A DNA stretch of 64,000 bases from Anthoceros angustus. Lineage: Eukaryota; Plantae; Anthocerotophyta. How positions within the stretch are numbered: position 1 is the stretch's first letter; each line of letters begins with the position of its first letter. The stretch is taken from positions 186,001 to 250,000 of the forward strand of contig VJWM01000192.1 of the NCBI GenBank assembly GCA_010909165.1, in the 5' to 3' direction. Below, in pieces: positions 52,693 to 64,000 of this stretch. The notes under the pieces were generated by a model. That model saw only the letters and a program-made list of their open reading frames with translations, was not told the origin of the DNA and did not search any database. The translations under genes and the position numbers were made by a program.

Positions 52693-53016
52693 GCCCATGA
52701 GAATTGAACATGCGATGGGTTCCTGTTTTAGTTATCCATTTAACATAATTCAGAGATTACTCTCTGCTCCTAGGCAAGTGAATTATCTACACCCCTGCGA
52801 AAAGCGTGCAACGCTGCCGCTCCTTCACGTGATTTATTTAATATGAAACACAAAGCGTTCTGTTTGTCGTCCTCCTCCATCCCCCAGAGGTTCAAACGCA
52901 AATTCAAGGTCTGCCGAATTGCCTGTCTGTCCTTGCAGGCTCCATTGGGACTGTGCGCAAGTTTAGAATTCCAGGAAACGACATGGGGGAGTGCTCAGCT
53001 TTGCAACCAGGGCACC

Positions 53017-55142
53017 TCAGGGCAGGGTGTTATCGTTTCCCGGAGACTGTGATGGACATCGAAGCCGTACACCGCAACTGGTCTCCACCTGTTGCGGAGG
53101 TAGTCCAACATCTCCGTTCAAGATGTGCTGCTCGCGCCTAGTAGAAGGCCTAAAGCTGGCATCCGGGTGGGTGCACAGCAAGCCGACATGTAGCACACAG
53201 GTTAGCTGCCTCGCATCGAACTGGCCGTCCAGAGCCGGATCCGCCACGTCCAGGAGGGTGCCAGCTTCATGCATCTGCCACACCCATTCCACTAGCTGAA
53301 TTTCCAGGTTAGGGGTTTGCGGCTTCCTGCCACACGCCACCTCCAGCGACAAAACCCCAAAGCTGAAGACGTCGGACTTGGCCGTAACCTTCCCAGCCAG
53401 GGCAACCTCGGGCGCCATGTAGCCCTTGGTCCCAGCTAACCCTGTGAGAGTGATGCCCGTGGTGGTGGTGATGGTCTCCTCCACCAGCCGGGCCAAGCCG
53501 AAGTCTCCCAACCGGGCTTCCATGTTGGAGTCCAGCATCACATTGCTCGGCTTGATGTCCCTGTGCAGGATGCACTTCTTCCACTCCGTGTGGATGTAAA
53601 CCAAAGCCGCTGCAATGTCTCGGACAATCTGAAATCTCTCCGTCCAGGATAGCACCTGCTGATTGCAGTAGAGGTGATGATCCAGGCTGGGGTTTGGCAT
53701 GTACTCGTACACCAGCAGGAGCTCGTCCCCTTCCTGGCACCAGCCATGGAGATGCACCAGGTTCCTGTGCCGGAGTTGCCCTAAGCTCTTGAGCTCTGCA
53801 AGGAACTCCTTCTCCCCCTGCCTCGAATCCTGTGAGATCCTCTTGATGGCCACCTCGACCTCCGTCTCTCCCACCCGGAGGACTCCCCGGTACACACTCC
53901 CGAAACCCCCTTTCCCCAGAATCAGTGACGCGCTGAACTCCAGAGTCGCCGTCTTCAGCTCCTGGTAGGTGAATGTGCGAGTACCGTAGCTTGCATCTGC
54001 ATCCTGCAAGGGCCTCCTTCCTGTGGATCCGGATACCGATGATGGTGGTGACCCACCAGATCTCCAACAAAAGAGCCGGTACAGGCCTGAGCCAAGAGCA
54101 ACTACCAGGAAAACTGCTCCAATTGCAACCCCTGCAACCAGGCCAGTGCTGTTCTTGCCTGCATTTAAACCATCAGGGAGGCCACTGGTGGAGAAGCTCC
54201 AGTTGTAGACAAAGGTGTTCTGGATGAAGGTCTTACCAGTGTCAGCCGTGAATCCGACGTAGGAATGCGGTTGAACGATGCTGGAGACATTCAAGGGGCT
54301 GTAAGAAAGCACAAGTGAAGCCTTAGACTTCTGAGAGCCTTGTCCTACTGCCATGTACACCAGCAGCTCCTGCCTGTCCGCAGAGTAGTCGATCCAAGCC
54401 GACAAGGCGGGAGGGTTAGCACTCGTATTGTTGAGCTCAATGCCGTAGCCTGCCAGATTCTGGCACTGGACTGAATGGAAGTCATTGATGTCTAGCCCGA
54501 CGTGGTTGGAATCATTCGCAGGATCGACCCCTTTGTCGTAACATGAGTCGAACTCCACAGCCAAGGCGTGCCATCTGGGATCCCCTGGAGGGTTTACGGG
54601 TCCACGTAGAGACCGAGACTACCACCACCGTGTCGGTTGGAGGGCGCGTTCCGCGTCTCGGGACTGGGCGCGATGACAAAGGTCATCCCATCTCCCATTC
54701 TGTACCCCAGCACTGCTTGCATTCTGAAGGTGAAGGAGACATTGAAGGAAGCTTGCGCACCAGTCCTCGCATCGTAGAATTGCACAGGTGAGCCATACAC
54801 TGCTCTGGACACCACGTTATGACCTGCTTGCCCCTCGGGGTCCTCGGCATCCACAGTGAGCTGCAAAAATCCTTCCGGCGCCACACTGCAGTTGCCATTC
54901 AGCAGCATATGCGCTCCTGTGAAGTTGCTGAAGCTAAAGCTCACATTCTGCGCACGGCAGCCCAATGTCACTGCCTGCAGAGCAATTGCAAGGAGAAGGC
55001 CGCACATGCACATGTACCGCTGCCCAGGCAATTGCAACATCTTGTTTTTGTGGGTTCGTCGATTCATCGATGTCTTAAGGCGATGGTCTCCCAAGCTCGT
55101 CGCAAGCTCCTCCTCAGGGAGGGCTTTAAAATATCCGGCCAT
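53017..55142 (-). pseudogene. LecRLK: L-type (legume) lectin receptor-like kinase, intronless, with an in-frame stop and frameshift near 54570-54595
   Basis: Signal peptide, lectin domain (DGMTFVI, LAVEFD, NHVGLDIN), TM helix, GKGGFGSVY, HRDIKPSN, DFGLARL, GTKGYMAPE. Confidence 0.9.
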
Positions 55143-55905
55143 GTCCGATATTAAATAATAGATTATTATGATGCAGCCCTAACTTAGTTTCAAGTTCCAG
55201 GTGAATCGTTTTTGTGAAACGACACGAAGTTAGGGCTCCGTAGTTTAGCTTTCTAGTTCATCAAACGGTTACGACTTTTCGTGGTTTTTTTCTCTTGTAC
55301 CCTTCTCGTTCGCTTTACACACACTCTTCTATGTGCAATCTCTCGTGACACAAGCGCGTGCTACAATTTTTTATACTATCAGAGCCAAAGAGACACAAAA
55401 ATCAGTAATTACGCTTCAAAAACAGCATTGTGCTTCTTCACACTTGCTGATGCTTGTGCTAACCAACTGATCTGGCTAAGGAAATGACAAGGACTCATAA
55501 AACACAAGTCTGTAGATGTTCTTTACCTCAGACATCAAATTGTGTTCCAAGATGCTGTAGAAATCTTTCTTACAGCACATCCTGTCATCCTGCACAAGCA
55601 TCCAACAACCAAAATAATTGATGTAGGAAATAGGCATAATACTTTCCAACCTAATAGTAAGCCTGTCCAGAATCCTCTTGCACCCATCAACTACAAGATT
55701 CAGGTCTTAGGTGAACAGGCCTACGAACTGCAACGTAAAGCAGAATGGGCTTTACCTTGAGGTTGTTCTACTTCCTATAACAATTTGTACTAAATTAAAC
55801 AATAGATGAAAAGTAGAAAACCTGTTTGACTCGTGATTTTGTTAGATGAAATTACAAAACCTGTTTTACTCGTCATGTGCTAAAATGAAACAGTGCTGAA
55901 GTAGA

Positions 55906-56030
55906 GTGGAATGAAATACATGCTTTTGTTTATGCTAGAATGCTAGTGGAATGAAATACATTTGCTTCTACGTATGCTAGGATGGTCATGGAATGAAGTG
56001 CATGCTTCTGTTTATGCTAGGATGCTAGTC
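55906..56030. repeat. ~41-bp tandem repeat x3
   Basis: tggaatgaa.t.cat..gctt...t.tatgctag.atg. Confidence 0.85.
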
Positions 56031-56325
56031 GACTTTTTTAGCCGTTTTTAATTCACAATGATCAGGTACTTTGAGAAGAAGAAGAAGAAGTCAATTATAG
56101 TCCACTTGGACTGAATTTTTCATGTGATGGGACTTGGTACTTAATAACTCGTACCTTGATATTTAACAATTTGTACCTTGGTACTTAACAACTTGTACTT
56201 GCCTACACTACACAACGCGTACAAAGGACATCATTCCCTCTAGACACCCCATCTAAGTACCCATATAAGCGCAAGATGCTTGGTAGCATTTTTTGGCGTA
56301 AGCCAGGTGGAGAACGTTTGGACTT

Positions 56326-57525
56326 ATGCGGGGGTGTGTGGTGCGGTGTGTGGGGTGCGGGGTGTGCGGTGGGTGTGCGGTGGGTGTGCGGTGTGGTGTA
56401 CGGTGCGGTGTGTGGAACTCGGAGGACGAGGGGGGTGAGGAGGGCCAGGAGGACGAGGGGGATGAGTTCGATTCCGTAATGGATGATGTTATAGATAAGA
56501 GATTTAATAATCAGGATGTTATCATTAGAAAATTGCAACAAGATCTTGAATCGGCAAGCTCATGGGCTAAAGATTTTGAGGTGTCTTTCCAGGTCAAGTT
56601 TGATTCATTGCGTTTGCAAGTTAATGCCTTGCAAATTCCTGTTCCTTGTGTGGGTTGCTTGTGGAAGGCAGATCTAGCACCTAGTTTGGAAGGCTACAAG
56701 ATGGTTATTCTCAAGCTTATTCATGCATAGAGGGAAGAAATGCACAACTATATGGCCAAAAAGTTACAGGGTTTGGATGATCAGGTTGGAACACTCTCGG
56801 AAACGTTGGTGCAGCAAAGGTTACAAAATGAAGTTTTTTCATGGACCATAGAGGAAAAAGCCATAAATTTGGAAAATCATTTCACTTCAACAAAACAAGT
56901 TTTACCTATATATTTTGAGAAGCTTACTAGTAAAAAGCTCTTGGGGATTAATGATCCCTCTGCTCCTTCTTGTCCTGGTGGCAACACAATATTGGAAGTT
57001 GTTTCTGAGATGGCGGACCGTACTCGCCGTGCTTTGAACTTGAGAATTTCTGGTCTTGGTAATGATATTGTTGCACCATTTGTGGCTGCAAAGGAGTTTC
57101 TCAATAGGCTAGAGGTCGATGTGGTCGTTCCTCAAGCCTTCTGGCTTGGAAAGGATCCTGGTAGGGAGCGCGTATTGCTTATGACTTTTCACTCTATGGA
57201 TGATCACCTCCAGGTTATCAAGGCTAGGTCTATGTCACCGACAACTCAGTTATATATCAACGAGGATCTTACACCATTGCAAGGAGAAGTTACCTGCGTT
57301 CAGAGCAGCTCGTACTACAGGTCAAGTGGCTTTCTTTCGTGGGGATGAATTGGTGGTATTTGGCCATTGATACTGTTGATTGATTGAACCGACAACTCAG
57401 TTATATATCAACGAGGATCTTACACCATTGCAAGGAGAAGTTACTGCTCGTAGCAGTGTACTGTGTCAAGTGGCTTTCGTGGGGATGAATTGGTGGTATT
57501 TGGCCATTGATACTGTTGATTGATT
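56326..57525 (+). mobile_element. LINE ORF1-like sequence (coiled coil plus RRM-type domain), no ORF2
   Basis: RTRRALNLRISGL...FWLGK...RVLLMTF...LYINEDLTPLQ; one in-frame TAG at 56728; ~150-bp 3' duplication ending in (TTGA)n; start codon not defined. Confidence 0.65.
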
Positions 57526-58027
57526 GAAGATTATTTGTCTTTGTTTTACCTGTATATTAGTCCAAACTATTTTACCACAATTTATGTAGTTATCATATTT
57601 CAGTCCCATGATGGAAATTTCAATCCCATGATGGAAATCCGTCCTTAATGGACTTAAATAAAATTCTTCTTCTTCTATGCTTAATTCCATCATATGAAAG
57701 AGAGCCCATAATGAGCTAAGCACGCTGTGACAAAAAAGATTTTGATTCCGAAACCATAAAATAGCATAAATCATGTATATTACTACCTAGAGATTCCTAG
57801 GAGATGAGTTGGCAGAAGGTACATGTATGTGTGAATAGGTGGTAGTGTGTACGCTATGCTATGCAGTGAAGTCGTGGGTGGAAGTATCTATCGATATCGA
57901 TCCCACTCCCACCCGGGCCTGGCGTAGGCATGCTTACAGTCAGGAGCAGGCAAGGAGTGTGGTCTCTGGCGTGTGCAGCCCTGTGGTGGTGCGTGCATCG
58001 ATAAGAATTGGAATTCCCGGGGTGCCC

Positions 58028-59148
58028 ATGTCACGCGCCAGGCCCGGGGGAGGAGAGGAAGGAGGAGGCCCAGGGCGGAACCGGATATCCATGCCTCAGC
58101 TTCCGCATTGCTTCTTCCCCTACCAGCTGGAAGCGGGTGACGACACCCTAAGGGAGGCCCAGCTCCACGGACTAGGCTTGCCCACCTTCCAGGACGAGCT
58201 GGTGCAGAAGCAGGAAAAGCAGCAGCAGCAGCAGCTGGTGGAGGGCAGTGGCAAGAGCTTTGAGGGGTACGGGGAGGATGAGAGGAGAGTGCGGGGGCGT
58301 GTGGAGGGTTGGGGTTCGGGACAGAGCCCGGGAGTGGGAGTGGGTGTACGGTCCTCTCGGCCGTCGGCAGGCAAGGATCGGCACAGCAAAGTGAACACCT
58401 CCAAGGGACCCAGGGACCGCAGGGTGAGGCTGTCAGTGCCCACAGCGATGCAGTTTTACGATGTGCAGGACCGCCTGGGCTACGACCAGCCCAGCCAGGC
58501 TGTGGAGTGGCTCATCAGGAAGGCCAAGGGGGCCATCGACGAGCTGGCGCACCTTCCGAATCATCCCCCTCCTCCTTCTGCTCCTCCTGCTCCCCCTGCC
58601 CCCCCTGCTCCCCCTGCTCTTGCTCCCCCTTCCCAATCCGCATCCGTCCCCGCAACAGCTGCCTCGCCGCCTCTTCATTCCCCCAGAGCAGACCCAACAG
58701 GAGCGGCAGCAGCAGCAGCAGCAGCAGCAGCGGTGGATGTGAGGGCGGAATCGAGAGTGAAAGCCAGGGAGAGAGCGAGGGAGCGGGCCAGGGAGAAGGA
58801 AGCTCGCGATCGGGACAGGGATCGGGAACAACGAGGCGCATCCGCCTCAGCCTCCGGCTCCGATTCCAGTGGCCTCCAATCCCAGCCCACCGGCGACTGT
58901 GGCGCGGCCTTCCCGTATGACTCGCCTTACAACAGCAGTGGCAACAGCCTGATGGCTCCAGTCGTTCGGATGAGGCAGCTGTCAGGCACGCAGCCCTGCT
59001 TCTCTCTGCTTTGCCCTTGTTGGTTTCATCCATTCATTCATTCACGCCAACGCCCTTGCTTGCTTGCTTCTGATAGGTCGTCCCCTGGGAGGCGTGTCAC
59101 CAGTCTTGCCTTCCACATTCTGCTCCTCGACCCCGGGCCTGTATGCGA

Positions 59149-59186
<38 letters not shown>

Positions 59187-59498
59187 GTGGTGGAGGGCTT
59201 AGCGCCGGCCAGGCCATCTGTAGCCGCCTCGTCCTCGGCCTCTGCAGGTCATGGTGGCACCCACTGTCTTTGGGAGTCCTCCATGCCTTGCCTGGACGCC
59301 CACCTAACAAGGCCCCTTCATGAGCCTCCTTTCTGCTCCTCCATGGGCCCCCTTCAGTCCACACCGGTATCACATGCCAATTATGTGCCTTCCACTCTGT
59401 TTGCACCCTCCCGCGGCGGAAGCCTGCAGCTTCAGCCCCAGCCTCTGCCTCTGCCTCACTTCCACCAGGATGGCTCAAAACCTCCTCGCCATGCTTGA
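58028..59498 (+). CDS. TCP: Class II (CIN/TCP2-like) TCP transcription factor with R domain, two exons
   Basis: [47 protein letters not shown]; R domain [19 protein letters not shown]; GPLQS in exon 2; intron 58986-59076; start inferred. Confidence 0.93.
59343..59362 (+). promoter_or_regulatory. miR319-type target site
   Basis: ATGGGCCCCCTTCAGTCCAC versus ideal GGGAGCTCCCTTCAGTCCAA: perfect pairing over miRNA positions 2-13. Confidence 0.7.
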
Positions 59499-60039
59499 CA
59501 ACACCTGGATGCCACAGCCTAATGTTTACCATTGCTGTTGCTGAGCTTGCTGCCCGCTGTGCGTGACCGAGTCTTGTGTAAGATCATCAAAAGCCAGGCC
59601 TGTGACCACTCCGACTGCATTGCCGGCCTGTGCCATGACCAATGTACCTAGCGTGTTGGAGCCTGCTCATGAGGTAGGTGTTAATCGGCATGTCAGATAC
59701 ACAGGCTGTGCACCCTAGTGCTGCTGCTGCAGCTGTTGCATCACCACACTGAAAACGTTCTAGGTAGTCGAGGTGTACAGAGGCCATGTTGGATGGCGTT
59801 GTTGGTTTGGCCGAAGCCATGTCTGGCTGGGCGCCGTAGACGAATCAAAGCGAGCTAGCAATCAAAATCCGTTACAGTGGTTTGGGCGTGGCAGTTGCAA
59901 CACAAGGGACGAGAAGGAGAGGAAGAGGAGGAGGAGGAGTGCAATGTGCACCAGCTGAAGAGGATGGTACTTACAAAGCTGAGCAGTGCAGAGCCAGTGC
60001 CAGTGCCAGAGCAGGCTGCAGAGCAGAGCAAAGCAGAGG

Positions 60040-60795
60040 TCATGTCTTGACGAAGCCCAGATTGTTTTCATTTGCATACCGCTCCATGAAGCGCATGAAG
60101 CGGTCCCATTCTCGCACATTGCGCATCACATACCTAGCCTCTATCTTGGCAGGCTTGCCATTCACAAACTTGGCACTCACGTCCACCGACGACAGCACGC
60201 CCTCCGAGTCCACCATGTACATCCCCGTGATCTCCCCGAGCTCCCGCGACGAGTCGAACACCGAAGGCTGATCGAACACGAAGGTGGCCACCCCGGAGTT
60301 GCCGTCCCGGGATCGGGTCAGCTTCACATCCGGCACGCTCTGCTCGTCGATCCCCCGGATGAACTGGATGCTGCTGCCGCTGCCGCTGCCGCTGCCGCTC
60401 CCGCTTCCGGTGGCGAGGCAGGTCACTTGGCAACTCCGTCCTCCGCGCCTCACGCATCCTGCTGCTGCTGCTGCCTGATCACAATGCAGTGCACCAACAC
60501 CTGCCCAAGACAAAGCTAGTGCATGCAGATTTAACGGCCAGCAGAGGCAAGGGCAGGGACAGAGACATGGAAGCCTCTTGCAGCACGGCATTGCATCGGC
60601 ATTGCGTTCAGGGCAAATGCAGCTCAATCGAATGGTACCTGGGAGAGCTACCACAGCTGGCTTGGTGCTGCTGATCCTCAGCCATGACCTGGCGGACCTG
60701 AAGCTGGGGCTGGCGGTGAGGGACGAAATGGCAACCTGCGGCAGCGAGGAGGACTCAGCCAAAGGGCAACGCGCCATGGACACCGCAGCCGCCAT
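60040..60795 (-). CDS. psb28: Photosystem II assembly factor Psb28 with transit peptide, one intron (60501-60638)
   Basis: [34 protein letters not shown]...[19 protein letters not shown]. Confidence 0.96.
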   Translation of the reverse strand: MAAAVSMARCPLAESSSLPQVAISSLTASPSFRSARSWLRISSTKPAVVALPGTIRLSCICPERNADAMPCCKRLPCLCPCPCLCWPLNLHALALSWAGVGALHCDQAAAAAGCVRRGGRSCQVTCLATGSGSGSGSGSGSSIQFIRGIDEQSVPDVKLTRSRDGNSGVATFVFDQPSVFDSSRELGEITGMYMVDSEGVLSSVDVSAKFVNGKPAKIEARYVMRNVREWDRFMRFMERYANENNLGFVKT

Positions 60796-61134
60796 GGAAA
60801 ATCTAGCGCGAGCTCCAGATGGTGGGGCTGGCTTGGCTCTTAGCTCTCCGAGGTCCGAAGCACAGAAGAAGATAAGCGCACTGCCCGCCTAGCATACATA
60901 CACATACATATATACATACATACATAGATACCCATGCCGACTTATATCAGCAGTGATACTGCAACAGGACAGGTGTGGCATGTCTAGTCCAGGGCGTTTT
61001 GTGATGTATCTACATGCATGACATGGTTGCTGCCGCTACATACATACACATCACCACAGTCTGTCATATCCGCTTAGTCTACATAGCTAGACTACCTACC
61101 TGGGTGGCGTGGCTCTTGGTGGCTGATCCAAGAG

Positions 61135-62944
61135 ATGGCCGTGGCAACAATAGCAACAGCAGCAGCAGCTGTGGGAGCTGCTGCCTTGCTGCCTGTGGCA
61201 TGCACACCATCCGTGTGCAGGCTTGCTCCCTCCTGCCAGGATCACACACTTGCCCTGTTCCACCTCCCTCAAGCTCGCAATCCCAAAGTAAATGGGAACC
61301 GGAGTGGGAGTGGGAGTCGGAGGCGGAATGGTCGGAGCCAGTGGCAGCCTCGGGCCGCCGCTCAGCCGGACACCGCCCAACCGCTTTCCACCAAGCCCGT
61401 CATTCCAGACACCGAACTCTCCATCACCAAGGTGCGCACTGCCAGGACCAGCTTACTGCATTGCATCGCCATAGCAGTTGCATTGCCTTTGAGCACCTGA
61501 GCCTCATTGCCTTCAGCTTGCTCCTCGCTTGTCGGCTATCAGACCTCTTTCGGAACCATCGGACTCGCACTCGGGACTTCCTTGCTCGGGTCAGTGCTAA
61601 CTCTCGCGATCTCCGGGGCTCCGCCTCTTGCTCCACTTTTGGATGCGTTTTTCCTCAATTTTGCTCTGCTCTGCTCTGCTCACAGCTACGGCTTCGGAGC
61701 CTACTTCACAGTCTTGCCCGGGGCAGAATGGTCTGCAATCATGCTCACCTACGGCTTTCCTCTTGCCATCATCGGCATGGCTCTCAAGGTCATCGTTCAT
61801 CAAACATATCTGCCGGACTCGGGCTCGCTCCCTTCAATCCGTGAGCTTGTCTTCAGTCTAACCTAACCGCACTGTGAGCTCACGGAGCTCGCTCGGCTGG
61901 TTTGGTTTGGTGCAGTATGCAGAGCTGAAGCCCGTGCCTTGCATCACCTACGCTGATGCTTATGCTCTTCGTGACTCCCAAGCCACGCCCATCCTAGCTC
62001 AGGTATAGCAGCAGCAATGCGTGAACTGTCGTTCAAAGCTGACATCAAACCATGATGTCAGATCCTCTGGTGCTCCCGCTCTGCACTCTGCCTGTCTCTC
62101 ACTCCAGCCAGCACCAGCGCAACGCAGGTTAGGAGCGACGTCACCAGGTATCGATATGGAGACGAGCAGCATTTGGAGGAGGCTCTGAAGCGCATCTTCC
62201 GGTATGGGCAGGTACGATTGTAGGCAAAGGCATGGCATGGCATGGCAGAGCTTAGCTAGCTAGGTTTGATTGCAAAATGATCTAGACCTATTTCAAGAGA
62301 GACCAAAGCTGAATTCAAGCCTCTTTCGCTTCTTCCCCTTTGCAGGCGGGTGGCATCCAGAGAAGAAACGCCCCTACGTTGCAGTCAATCCGCGAAGAAG
62401 TAAGTTAGCTAGCAATCTGACCAAACCTCACCTTGCAAGCATCCTCTAGAGTATGCTTACAAGTGCAGAGAGGTGAAGTAAGTGCAGGTGAGTGAGAATG
62501 GCTATTACACACTGGTGCTGGTGTTCCAAGCCACAGCGCTCAAGTTGGAGGATTTCGTGTCTCGACAGGTAAGCATGACCTAGCTGCTTTGTTGAGCTGA
62601 GCTACAGAGACGTCTCTCTGATTGTAGAAACGAGCACTGTGCGAGGAGAGGACTAGTAGTCCACTGCTGACCAGTATACTGTCCGTTGCCGGTTGGCTCT
62701 TGGCAGGCCAAATTCACGTCCTTCTTCGGACCCGGCGTGAGCGCAGACATCGGTAAGCACTGCCATGCATCTCTTCACAACATCTCTTGTCAGCAGCATC
62801 TTTCTTGTTCAGCAACATCTGAATACTTCTGGGCACCATGTGCCAGTGGAAGCCGGAGACGCCAACGTGTACGAGGTGCGGCTGGTAGCTCAGGAAGCAT
62901 CTCCGGCCCCGGCGCCCGCTTCCCCTTCCGCTTCCGCCTCATAG
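61135..62944 (+). CDS. APE1: ACCLIMATION OF PHOTOSYNTHESIS TO ENVIRONMENT 1 (DUF2854), multi-exon
   Basis: SFGTIGL, YGFGAYFTVLPGAEWSAIMLTYGFPLAIIGMALK, YAELKPVPC, DVTRYRYGDEQHLEEALKRIF, AKFTSFFGPG, YEVRL. Confidence 0.9.
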
Positions 62945-63404
62945 AACATTCTGAGAACATAGTCCAATTTTTTCTGGCGTCGCACATTCCTGCCAAACAG
63001 TGTAGACGAGACGCTTGCTAGGGAAGGCAAGGCTGGAAGGGAAAGAGGGCTTTATCTATGGTGTGTGCCCTGCCCGGCCCTGCCCTGCCGCACAGGTACA
63101 TTATCCAGGGACGGTAAATGGGCCCAGGACAGCCTTTTCACACGCCAAGATAGTACATATATTCTTTCACACAAAGTAAGCGGGTCGTTGGTTGTCTTGT
63201 ATTTATATGTGCTGGACATTGCTCCTGGGCAGGGATAGGATAACGCGCTGTTGCTGTTGTTGCCAACTCGACGAAGGCAAACTGGGATTCGCGGCTCTCG
63301 ACAGCGGAGAGGATGGCCACGCTGTAGCGGAGAAGAGACGAGACGAGACGAGACGAGGCGAGGCGAGCGGCCCGGGCTCGGGCGCGGAAGCGGAACGGGA
63401 GGCC

Positions 63405-64000
63405 ATGGCGGCTGCTGCTTCCAGCGCGCGCCTCGGCGATCTGGTGGCCTGGCGCAGCTGCGGGTGCCAGCAGCCCAAGCTGCACCCTCTCAGGCTCTCG
63501 AGAGAGCACACGCATCACGCTGCCAGGGCTGCGTCCCGGCCTCTCATCACTTCCGTCTCGCCGTCTTGTCGAATTCGGACTCGGCATTCCAGGTTGCTAG
63601 ATGCATCGCCCTTTGCTGCGCCGTGGCAGTGCTGTGCTGTGCTGTGCTCTTGCGTGCCCTACCTGCAAGCAAGGTTCACCACTTCCCTGTCTCCCCGCAG
63701 CGGCAATCACAGGAAGGCGCAGCAGCAGTCCAGGAAGAGCTTGCGCGACCGGCCGCCCGCTGCCGAGGAGGAAAGCGGGAAAGGAGGCTCGGCCGGCCTC
63801 GAACTCGACGAGGATGTCGATGTCACCGCAGACCAGCCCCTCCCCGTGCAATCCGCTGTGCAGCAGCAGCCGCAGCAGCAGCCGCAGCAGCAGCAGCAGC
63901 CTCAGCAGTCCGCTGTGCAGCCTTTGGTACTCTATTCGGACTAGGTTCCTCCAAGCCTTGCCATCTGTGTCCTGAATGGAATTCTTACCCGCTCTGCGCC
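63405..64000 (+). CDS. 5' part of an unidentified, probably plastid-targeted protein gene with a Q-rich segment
   Basis: GCC-ATG-GCG start, A/S/R-rich N-terminus and a QQQP tract; no recognisable domain before the window ends. Confidence 0.4.

Overview
Eukaryotic land-plant nuclear DNA; no prokaryotic systems, rRNA, tRNA genes or CRISPR arrays were seen. Compact introns (about 90-150 bp), dense genes and a GRP-type DYW:KP protein fit a hornwort best; a small-genome fern or lycophyte is not excluded (inference). The left half (1-35 kb) is repeat-rich. It holds a minus-strand non-chromoviral (Athila-like) Ty3/gypsy element (tRNA-Asp PBS, 723-bp LTR) that shares its LTR with the 3' region of a second copy carrying an extra ORF. 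Next comes a ~9 kb Sola-like DDE transposon with a divergent cargo gene bearing a ParB/Srx-like motif, then a decayed PIF/Harbinger transposase. Last is a PLS-class PPR gene ending in a DYW:KP (HAEKLA...CSCKGRP) domain, a candidate U-to-C editing factor, whose N-terminus carries an OSB-type PDF ssDNA-binding motif; this fusion is the most interesting item. The right half (35-64 kb) is gene-rich: class A ARF, NDR kinase, GPC1/GPCAT, a CWC22 fragment, a disrupted L-type lectin receptor kinase, an ORF1-only LINE-like element, a class II TCP with a miR319-type site, Psb28 and APE1 head-to-head, and the 5' part of an unknown gene. Frameshifts in repeated DNA are mostly 1-bp deletions in homopolymer or GC-hairpin contexts, so many are probably long-read consensus errors. 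All family calls come from motif recognition by eye; no searches were run, and intron and TE boundaries are approximate.
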